Assembly: GCA_046293555.1 (NCBI GenBank) | Contig: JBKBOT010000013.1 | Span: 1-13,034 of the forward strand | Length of the DNA stretch: 13,034 bases | DNA from: Pyrobaculum sp. | GTDB lineage: Archaea; Thermoproteota; Thermoprotei; Thermoproteales; Thermoproteaceae | Direction of reading: 5' to 3' | In this document: positions 1 through 7,240 of the stretch, in pieces | Layout: each line of letters opens with the position of its first letter | Numbering within the stretch: the stretch's first letter is position 1 | Notes under the pieces: generated by a model | What the model was told of the DNA's origin: nothing | Database searches by the model: none | What the model saw: only the letters and a program-made list of their open reading frames with translations | Position numbers and translations under genes: made by a program

Positions 1-119
1 TTGTGAGGGATCTTTCCCGCAGTTTTTAAAGCCGGCGGGATTTTTAAAAAGTTTATACACTTGTTGAAAGACGGTTTGTTGACACTATGTTCTTATATAT
101 ACGAAGGGTCAGAATAGCT

Positions 120-510
120 TTGAGATATGTTGTAATCTTTTGCCCATCGTCGGGCTGGCTCTGTTGTTTGTAAAACCTTCCGACGGCATGTCTAGAAACG
201 TCACAACCACCCCCATGGCTATGACGGCGGCTTTAAATAAAAGCCGCATTCAGCTTGACTCAGACCGCCTCCTTGTGGGTAGTATTGTTTTTAAAAACGA
301 CACTCTCATTCATATGTATTAATGCCGACGTTGGGTCTGCCGATGGTTGTTTTGGCTGTTACCACATCTGTTGCCATCTCGCCATTGGTTTTATCGTGTT
401 GGGGCGTATGTGGTGGGCTGTGGCGAGGTGGCTTGCTATATTCACACCTCTTCTTGTTTTTACAGATCTGGGCCTCAGGTTTGTAGAAACTTAAATCGGC
501 TCTCATATTG
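120..510 (+). pseudogene. Possible frameshifted remnant of a small secreted or membrane protein gene
   Basis: TATA-like TTATATAT (93-100) lies 20-27 nt before a TTG at 120. Restoring one T in the CTTTTG run near 137-142 joins MRYVVIF to the 140..322 ORF, giving a signal-peptide-like MRYVVIFLPIVGLALLFVKP. Further short hydrophobic or Cys-rich frames follow (255..494, 322..486). No family recognised and the end coordinate is approximate. Confidence 0.3.
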
Positions 511-726
511 ACAGGGGCGTTAATACCTATAGCCATAGCTCCAAAGGCCCCCCATAGCCGCCGTAGGCATTATTAAAGGTTTAACAGACGTGACGCACAT
601 AAAGTAACCCCCGCCTCTCTACAAGCACATAGCCTAGTTTCCATGCTGGTGACGTCTTGTTTGTGGCGACACAGGGGTGTCGTTATTTGGGCTTTATGGA
701 AACTCCGCCGTTTTTGTGGCGGCAGC

Positions 727-1272
727 TTATTTTCTCCCCACAGCTACTAACAAGGGGAAGCGCTTCTCTACTGCCACTTGGAATTTTAGCCCCAACACTC
801 TTTCCATACACGTCTTAGTGCAGCCGTGACTGCCCACCAGCGGCATTCTCTCTTGGTCTACCTCTACGGCTATAAAGTGGCCCCCGGGCTTAAGGGCTTT
901 GTGTATCTCGTCTATAGAGGGCTCGTGGGGGCCCCAGTGGTGTAGTGTAAAGAGGGCCACGGCGACGTGGAAAGACTCTGGGCGTATGGGGAGGGCGAAG
1001 CTGACTCCCGCCAGAGAGATCCCCGGTGCCCTCCTCTGTGCGTATTTCAACATGTGGACTGACGCGTCTATACCCACCGCCACGTAGCCGGCTTTCTCCA
1101 GCCGTTGTAAAAGGGGGCCGTTGCCAGAGCCTATCTCTAACACCAAGCTCCCCGGCCTCGCCAGGCGTCGGACTAACGCCATGGCTGTGGCGTACGCCCA
1201 GTTGAAAACCCCCATGGAGACCAACAGGTTGTAAAAAGCGGCGGACCTGGCCCCAAAGGTCTCAAACTCCAT
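727..1272 (-). CDS. Class I SAM-dependent methyltransferase (Methyltransf_11/25-like), about 181 aa
   Basis: Motif I VLEIGSGNG, post-I AVGIDASVHML, ALPIRPESFHVAV, FTLHH and LKPGGHFI are present. Start moved to ATG 1272 (MEFETF) because the longer 727..1560 ORF runs antisense into tpsp. Confidence 0.88.
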   Translation of the reverse strand: MEFETFGARSAAFYNLLVSMGVFNWAYATAMALVRRLARPGSLVLEIGSGNGPLLQRLEKAGYVAVGIDASVHMLKYAQRRAPGISLAGVSFALPIRPESFHVAVALFTLHHWGPHEPSIDEIHKALKPGGHFIAVEVDQERMPLVGSHGCTKTCMERVLGLKFQVAVEKRFPLLVAVGRK

Positions 1273-1309
1273 GTAGAAACCTTTATTTATTATTTTTATG
1301 TGTGGCCCC
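1273..1309. promoter_or_regulatory. Shared bidirectional promoter region (methyltransferase / tpsp)
   Basis: 37-bp spacer between divergent starts containing an AT-only tract TTTATTTATTATTTTTAT (1282-1299), at TATA-like distance from both starts. Confidence 0.6.
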
Positions 1310-3505
1310 GTGAGGCTTTTCATCGTCTCTAACCGCCTCCCCGTGGCTGTAGTGGAGAGAGAAAACGGGTTTGAGGTGAGGGAGGCTGTGGGCGGTCTCG
1401 CCACGGCGGTTAGGTCTTTCCTAAAGGCCACTGACGGCGGGGGGCGGCTGGGGTTTGAGAAAGTGACGTGGGTGGGGTGGTCTGGGGTGAGAGCAGAGAG
1501 AGAGGGCGAGGAGGTGAGGGGGAGGCTTAGGGAGATGGGGCTGACGCCAGTTCCTCTCACGGGGGAGGAGGTGTCTCTCTTCTACGAGGGGTTCTGCAAC
1601 GCCACCCTGTGGCCTCTCTTCCACAGCTTTACTGTATACACCCAATTCGACAGGGCGTATTGGGAGGCCTACGTGAAGGTAAACCAGAAATACGCCGAGG
1701 CTGTAGCCTCCCTGGCGGAGCCCGGCGATTACGTCTGGGTGCATGACTACCACCTAATGCTGGTGCCTGCCATGCTTCGAGACCTCTCTCCAGACCTCGC
1801 CGTGGGGTTTTTTCTCCACATCCCCTTCCCCCCCGCCGAGATATTTCAGCTAATGCCCCCACCCTGGAGAAACGCCATCCTGGAGGGAGTCCTCGCCGCA
1901 GACCTGGTGGGCCTCCACATACATGAATATGTCAACAACTTCCTGCGGAGTGTGGCCAAGTTTTTAGGCTATAGGACCGAGGCCGGCGTGATATATGCAG
2001 GCGGCAGAAAGACGAGAGTGGGGGCCTTCCCCATCGGCATTGAGTTCGACCAGTTTTACAACTCCTCCCTTGACCCGCAGGTGGCGGCTCAGATAGGGGA
2101 GCTGAAAACACGCCTCAGGGGGCTAAAGGTGGTGTTTTCTATAGACAGGCTGGATTACACCAAGGGGGTTCTCAACAGGCTGCAGGCTTGGGAGAGGTTT
2201 CTCCGGCAGCATCCAGAGTGGCGGCGGAGGGCGGTCTTCATACTGGTGGTAGTGCCTTCCCGCACCGGCGTGCCGCAATATGACGCCATGCGGCGGGAGA
2301 TAGAGAGAGCTGTGGGGAGGATAAACGGCGAGTTTGGCGAGGTGGACTGGGTCCCCGTGGTGTATATATCGCGTTTTATCCCCACCCCCACGTTGTTAGC
2401 ACTATACAACGTGGCAGACGTGGCGTTAATCACGCCCCTAAGAGACGGCATGAACCTAGTGGCTAAGGAGTATGTAGCCTCCAGGAGGAATTGCGACGGC
2501 GTGCTTATCTTAAGCGAAACCGCCGGCGCAGCCCACGAGCTATATGAGGCACTTGTGGTAAACCCTAATGACGAAAGCGGCGTGGCTGCCGCAATAGCCA
2601 CGGCGTTGGAGATGGGCAGGGAGGAGCAATGTGGGAAAATTGCGAGAATGCAGGAGAGGTTGAGACAACACGACGTGGTGAAATGGGCTGTGGATTTCAT
2701 ACAGTCTCTCTCCATAGCTCATAGCGATAACTCAGAGGCGGCGGGCCGGGCGGCTTTGCTCAACGTAGAGGAGGTGGTGGGGAGGTTCCTCAAGTCGCGC
2801 AGGAGGCTTCTCCTTCTAGATTACGACGGCACCCTCCTGCCTCACTACCCCTATACATATCAAGCTGTGCCAGATCAAGACCTCTTGAAGCTACTAGAAA
2901 GACTGGCGGCGTTGTCCACAGTGGCTGTAGTCAGCGGGAGGACTAAAGAGTTTCTAGAGGCCTGGCTGGGCAAACTCCCCATATGTCTAGTGGCGGAACA
3001 CGGCGCATATGTGAAAGAAGGTGGGGAGTGGCGCCAGCTGTTCCCCTTTGACACCAGCTGGAAGACAGCGGTGAGAAAAATCATGGAGGAGTTTACAGAC
3101 GCCACGCCTGGGTCGTACATAGAGGAGAAGGAGTCTTCTATAGCTTGGCACTATAGAAACGTAGACCCCCAGATAGGCGACGCCGCCGCCGGCAGGCTTG
3201 TAGAGGCTCTCTCCGGCGTGTTGACAGGCACCACGGCGTCTGTGGTGAGGGGGAGGAAGGTGGTGGAGGTGAGGCCCGCCGGCGTCAACAAAGGCGCGGC
3301 CGCCAGATATCTCGTGGAGAGGCTAGGCCCAGACTTCGTCCTGGCTGCCGGCGACGACGCCACAGACGAGGATATGTACAAGGCGGTGGGGCACGAGGGG
3401 GTGACAATAAAGGTGGGCCGTGGGGACACGGCGGCGAGGTACTACGTCCCTACCTACAGGAAGTTAAGAGAGCTGCTCGCCAGACTGGCGTCACCCGGCG
3501 GCTGA
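1310..3505 (+). CDS. tpsp: Bifunctional trehalose-6-phosphate synthase/phosphatase (GT20 OtsA + HAD OtsB fusion)
   Basis: GT20 motifs VSNRLP, GGLATA, WVGWSG, FCNATLWPLFH, WVHDYHL, FFLHIPFP, DRLDYTKG and RDGMNLVAKEY. HAD motifs LDYDGTL, VSGR, AEHG, HYR, VNKG and GDDATDEDM. GTG 1310 (MRLFIVSNRLP) preferred over ATG 1298 on TATA spacing. Confidence 0.96.
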   Translation: MRLFIVSNRLPVAVVERENGFEVREAVGGLATAVRSFLKATDGGGRLGFEKVTWVGWSGVRAEREGEEVRGRLREMGLTPVPLTGEEVSLFYEGFCNATLWPLFHSFTVYTQFDRAYWEAYVKVNQKYAEAVASLAEPGDYVWVHDYHLMLVPAMLRDLSPDLAVGFFLHIPFPPAEIFQLMPPPWRNAILEGVLAADLVGLHIHEYVNNFLRSVAKFLGYRTEAGVIYAGGRKTRVGAFPIGIEFDQFYNSSLDPQVAAQIGELKTRLRGLKVVFSIDRLDYTKGVLNRLQAWERFLRQHPEWRRRAVFILVVVPSRTGVPQYDAMRREIERAVGRINGEFGEVDWVPVVYISRFIPTPTLLALYNVADVALITPLRDGMNLVAKEYVASRRNCDGVLILSETAGAAHELYEALVVNPNDESGVAAAIATALEMGREEQCGKIARMQERLRQHDVVKWAVDFIQSLSIAHSDNSEAAGRAALLNVEEVVGRFLKSRRRLLLLDYDGTLLPHYPYTYQAVPDQDLLKLLERLAALSTVAVVSGRTKEFLEAWLGKLPICLVAEHGAYVKEGGEWRQLFPFDTSWKTAVRKIMEEFTDATPGSYIEEKESSIAWHYRNVDPQIGDAAAGRLVEALSGVLTGTTASVVRGRKVVEVRPAGVNKGAAARYLVERLGPDFVLAAGDDATDEDMYKAVGHEGVTIKVGRGDTAARYYVPTYRKLRELLARLASPGG

Positions 3506-4669
3506 CATCCTTCTGGCTATCGCCTCCGCGAGGCCTACTGCAGACAGGCCCCTGGCCTTTTCCCTCGCCTTTCTCCCCATCTCTCTCCTCACCTCCTCCC
3601 GTGTTGTCAACATGTCTACCCACCTCACCACGCCCTGGATGTCGTCTGAATTTCTGAGATAGATGCCATCCACGCCGTTGGATATATGGCAAGACGCCCT
3701 GGAGGATGGCGACGCCGCCACCGGCACGCCGCCGTAGAGAAACTCCAGCGCCCGTATCCCAGCGGGCTCGTGGTGGGAGAGATCTACCCCCGCCAGCGAC
3801 GACTTTATCAAGGCCGGGACCTCCCCAGGTCTCTCCACATAGATGACGTTAGGCCTTTGTCTCAACCTTTCTGCCGCCTCCCCCCTCCCGGCTACCGCCA
3901 GCGCTATGCCCCTACCCTCTAGCTCTTCTGCCAGTCGCGCCAGCCCCCTCACGTTTTTCTCCTCCTCCAGAGGCCCTATGTAAGACACCACGTTTCCGAA
4001 CTGCCGGGGGGATGCCCCCTCTATGGCCTCAGCCAGCTCCGGGTCGAGCCAGTTCCTACTCTCCAGTATCTTCTCCGGCGGCGTTCGCAACTGTCGTAAC
4101 TCCTCCGCCTCCTCCCGGCAGCTTGCCACCACCAGATCCACATTTCGGATAATGGCGGGCATGTTTAGAGATGTCCACATGGCCCGCGACGCCGCCTCTA
4201 TGGGCCTCCCCCTGGCCCTCCCCATGTAGAACGGGATATATACATACGCCGTCTTTCTCACCGCCTCTCCCGCCGCCGCCAGAGACCTCTTTATGGACGC
4301 CCACTTGGCCACCTCCTCGGGGCCATTCCAGAAGCTGGAAAAGACCACCACGAGGTCTAGGCCGTAGGTTTCCTCCAGCTGGGAGAGGATCTTGGCGAAG
4401 CCTCTAAAGCTCACAGCTGGGTGTAACAACGGCTTTATGCTTAACACCCTGACTGCCGGCAGGCCTGAGGGGTCCTCCCGCAGCTCCACATAGCCAAACT
4501 CGCTTCTCTCCACCACCTCGGCTACCTCCAGCTGTCTGCCGTCATGGTAAACCCCCGCCACCAGCCACGCCCGGTGGCCTAGCTTCAAGAAGGCCCTAGC
4601 CAATATGGCCGCAGCCCTGTGGGAATCCTCCCAGTCTGAAGTCTGTGGCGCCACGACGGCGACATTCAT
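3491..4669 (-). CDS. GT-B (GT4-like) glycosyltransferase, likely homologue of the TPSP-associated GT of Thermoproteus tenax
   Basis: N-terminal MNVAVVAP strand, YIGPLEEEKN, E-x7-E motif EPAGIRALE followed by GVPVAAS, ISNGVDGI and RREMGRKAREKA. Adjacent to tpsp and msc. Confidence 0.88.
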   Translation of the reverse strand: MNVAVVAPQTSDWEDSHRAAAILARAFLKLGHRAWLVAGVYHDGRQLEVAEVVERSEFGYVELREDPSGLPAVRVLSIKPLLHPAVSFRGFAKILSQLEETYGLDLVVVFSSFWNGPEEVAKWASIKRSLAAAGEAVRKTAYVYIPFYMGRARGRPIEAASRAMWTSLNMPAIIRNVDLVVASCREEAEELRQLRTPPEKILESRNWLDPELAEAIEGASPRQFGNVVSYIGPLEEEKNVRGLARLAEELEGRGIALAVAGRGEAAERLRQRPNVIYVERPGEVPALIKSSLAGVDLSHHEPAGIRALEFLYGGVPVAASPSSRASCHISNGVDGIYLRNSDDIQGVVRWVDMLTTREEVRREMGRKAREKARGLSAVGLAEAIARRMSAAG

Positions 4670-5250
4670 CTCTTTTTCAACGCCTCCACTATAATTAACG
4701 CCACAAGTGCTGCCACAAGCCCCCAGGTGATGGGGGTAAGCATGATGCTTAGAGTGGCCACGTTGATGCCCCCCTGCTCTAACGCAAAGGTGACCACGGC
4801 GAGGTAGAGAAGCACCCTGATGTATTCAGCCACCGGCGTCGCGTCTCTAGAGAAGGCGCCCTTGTGGATATACTCGGCGAAGCCGTCTACCAGTATGAAG
4901 CCAATTATGGCAATTATGAAAAACTTCACAAAGCCGAAGACGTATGTATCTATGATGTGTAGCAGCTCTCGGTGGATCTCTAGATTTCCCACACTGTATG
5001 CAAAATAGGCCGCTGCCGCCAAAAGGGATAACATGTAGATCAGCCAGGCGGCCACGGAGCCGAAGAAATCGCCCGCCGTGTAGCCAGATCTCAACAACGC
5101 CCGTCCGATATTGAAGTTTCTAAACCAGTCGTCTACCCCCACCCTCCTGAAAAACCGCCGGAATACAGACCTGACGGCTTTCCCCAACAGGAACCCCGCT
5201 ACGGCGCCTGCTATAGACACGGCGGCATATATCAACACCTCTAGTTCCAT
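4666..5250 (-). CDS. msc: Small mechanosensitive-channel-like membrane protein (MscS-type TM-helix repeat, no cytoplasmic domain), about 194 aa
   Basis: About five hydrophobic segments with the pattern GFLLGKAVRSVFRRFFRRVGVDDW...GSVAAWLIY and YLAVVTFALEQGGINVATL. 4-bp overlap with the GT start. Same neighbours as the T. tenax msc-gt-tpsp genes. ATG 5250 chosen on TATA spacing. Channel activity is inferred. Confidence 0.75.
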   Translation of the reverse strand: MELEVLIYAAVSIAGAVAGFLLGKAVRSVFRRFFRRVGVDDWFRNFNIGRALLRSGYTAGDFFGSVAAWLIYMLSLLAAAAYFAYSVGNLEIHRELLHIIDTYVFGFVKFFIIAIIGFILVDGFAEYIHKGAFSRDATPVAEYIRVLLYLAVVTFALEQGGINVATLSIMLTPITWGLVAALVALIIVEALKKR

Positions 5251-5292
5251 ACGCAACACAACGGGGAAATATTTAAAGGTAGAAAATTGTGT
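5251..5292. promoter_or_regulatory. Shared divergent promoter region (msc-gt / orfY-treT)
   Basis: 42-bp spacer with central AAATATTTAAA (5267-5277). It reads TTTAAATA at -27 to -20 for the msc ATG; spacing to the orfY ATG is slightly shorter. Confidence 0.6.
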
Positions 5293-5910
5293 ATGGAGTT
5301 TAGGTTCTACACCGCGTACTACCTCTCGCTGTATGCCAAAATGCGGGCGTGGACGCTCAGAGAGCTTCTAGAGGGGATAGAGAGGGCAGATAGAAACACG
5401 TTATTTCACCACCTTTTCCACACCGTGAGAGCTAAACACTTACTGCCGCCGCGGTACCACCACGACTTCGCCCGCTGGGTGGGAGAAGAGGTGGGAGACG
5501 AGGAGCTGGCAGCAGAGCTTTCGGACATATCTGGAGCCGAGCCGGCCACTATTGAGGACATAAGGAGAGAGCTAGTAGAAATACTCCAGCCCAAGGCAGA
5601 CGACAGGCGGGGGAAGTCTAACTTCGTCTTTGTGGCTATGGAGCCCGTGGTGGTGGAGACCAGCCATGTGGCAAAGACGCCGGAGGAGCTACTAGACTTG
5701 ATACAAGTCGTGCCGGGGGAGAGCGTTGTCTACCATTTTGTCACCAGGCGGGTGTTAGAGGGGGCGCCGAAAAACGATTTCTCCACCTGGCTGGAGGGAG
5801 TTGGCCGCCTCAAGGCGGCTAGAGAGTTGTCGCAAATAGACCCGCTGATTTACAACAGCGAGGAGGCATTGAGGAGGGAGATAGTCAAAGTGCTAGAAAA
5901 ATATGTATGA
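5293..5910 (+). CDS. orfY: TreT-associated OrfY protein (DUF5752-like), about 205 aa, internally duplicated
   Basis: Starts MEFRFYT. Two similar halves: TLRELLEGIERAD..TLFHH..HDFARWV..ELAAELSDI and TPEELLDLIQVVP..SVVYH..NDFSTWL..KAARELSQI. Overlaps the treT start by 8 bp. Confidence 0.85.
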   Translation: MEFRFYTAYYLSLYAKMRAWTLRELLEGIERADRNTLFHHLFHTVRAKHLLPPRYHHDFARWVGEEVGDEELAAELSDISGAEPATIEDIRRELVEILQPKADDRRGKSNFVFVAMEPVVVETSHVAKTPEELLDLIQVVPGESVVYHFVTRRVLEGAPKNDFSTWLEGVGRLKAARELSQIDPLIYNSEEALRREIVKVLEKYV

Positions 5911-7114
5911 ATATATAGAATACGTCGGGAGGCAGGAGGTAGAGGCTATATACAGCCTGGCGGAGAGGCTACAAGACCTCTCTATACTCCACATAAACTC
6001 CACGCCGGCTGGCGGCGGCGTCGCCGAGATACTACAGCGGATGGTGCCATTAATGCGGCGGCTAGGCCTTAGAGTAGACTGGAGGGTAATAAGAGGCGAC
6101 GACGAGTTCTTCACAGCCACAAAGGCCTTTCACAACGCCCTCCAGAACGCAGACATGCAGGTAGAGGCGAAATACTACGCGGTGTACGAGAAGTGGCAAG
6201 AAATAAACGCCAACGAGGTCGATCTAGATTACGACGTGGTTTTTATCCACGACCCCCAGCCCGCCGGCCTTGTGAAATACAGGATGAGAGGGGTCTGGAT
6301 CTGGCGTTGCCACATAGATCTCTCCACGCCTAATCTAGAGGTGTGGAGTTTCCTCAGGCGATATGTCTCGCAGTACCACGCCGCCATATTTCACATACCG
6401 GAGTTCGCCAGAGACGACCTCGACATACCACAGTTTATAATCCCCCCATCTATAGACCCCCTGGCGCCAAAAAACGTGGAGATTCCCCTAACTACAGTGG
6501 GGCGTGTCCTCAAGAAATTTGACGTAGATCCAGAAAGACCGCTGGTGGCACAAATATCGCGGTACGACAGGGCTAAAGACCCAGTGGGCGTAATTACTGC
6601 CTACCGTCTCGCCAAGAGACATATACCAGACTTACAGCTGGTCTACCTGGGCAGCCCCGCTTACGACGACCCAGAGGGGGAGGAGGTATATAGAGAGACT
6701 CTCGCAGCCGCGGGGCAAGACAGAGATATACACCTCTTGATGTTGCCGCCAGATAGCCACGTGGAGGTAAACGCCTTTCAACGCGCCGCCGATGTAGTTA
6801 TGCAGAAGTCAGTAAGGGAGGGCTTCGGCCTTACGGTAAGCGAGGCCCTGTGGAAGGAAAAACCCGTCGTCGGCGGGAAGGCCGGGGGGATAAAAATACA
6901 GGTGATACACGGCGTGACGGGCTTTCTCGCCACGTCGCCAAGAACTGCCGCACATTACCTCACCCTCCTCCTAAGAGAGGAGAAATTAAGAAAAGAGATG
7001 GGGGCCGCGGGGAGAGAACACGTGCGGAGAAATTTCCTCATCACACATCACATAAGACGTTATCTAATGGCCATAGCGTATCTAGCCAAGAGACATAATA
7101 AGGTCGGGCCCTGA
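5903..7114 (+). CDS. treT: Trehalose glycosyltransferring synthase TreT (GT4)
   Basis: HINSTPAGGGVAE, HNALQ, FIHDPQP, WRCHID, PSIDPL, SRYDRAKDP, VNAFQR and QKSVREGFGLTVSEALWK; 403 aa. Confidence 0.95.
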   Translation: MYEYIEYVGRQEVEAIYSLAERLQDLSILHINSTPAGGGVAEILQRMVPLMRRLGLRVDWRVIRGDDEFFTATKAFHNALQNADMQVEAKYYAVYEKWQEINANEVDLDYDVVFIHDPQPAGLVKYRMRGVWIWRCHIDLSTPNLEVWSFLRRYVSQYHAAIFHIPEFARDDLDIPQFIIPPSIDPLAPKNVEIPLTTVGRVLKKFDVDPERPLVAQISRYDRAKDPVGVITAYRLAKRHIPDLQLVYLGSPAYDDPEGEEVYRETLAAAGQDRDIHLLMLPPDSHVEVNAFQRAADVVMQKSVREGFGLTVSEALWKEKPVVGGKAGGIKIQVIHGVTGFLATSPRTAAHYLTLLLREEKLRKEMGAAGREHVRRNFLITHHIRRYLMAIAYLAKRHNKVGP

Positions 7115-7240
7115 AGCTAAACGCCTATATAATTTTTTAAGAATGCTTTCTGATATTTAAAGTTTACAAACCATTTAAAGTACATTAAATCATTATATAT
7201 AATGAAAATAATATTTATATACAGATAAAAACACATGTTT
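7115..7240 (+). promoter_or_regulatory. AT-rich promoter of the acyl-CoA synthetase with palindromic candidate operator
   Basis: TTTATATA at 7214-7221 (-27 to -20 from ATG 7241), perfect palindrome TCATTATATATAATGA at 7190-7205, and direct repeat ATTTAAAGT at 7155 and 7173. TTTTTT near 7133-7138 may terminate treT. Confidence 0.65.

Noticed and set aside
581-646. Minus-strand fragment AWKLGYVLVERRGLLYVRHVC resembling a winged-helix wing
   Set aside because: Too short and has no start or flanking support.
1273-1560. N-terminal extension of the 727..1560 minus ORF
   Set aside because: It is antisense to tpsp, low-complexity, and crosses the promoter tract; ATG 1272 fits better.
7038-7044. GTGATGA (C-box-like) on the minus strand inside treT
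   Set aside because: No CTGA D box at a suitable distance, so no C/D sRNA is called.
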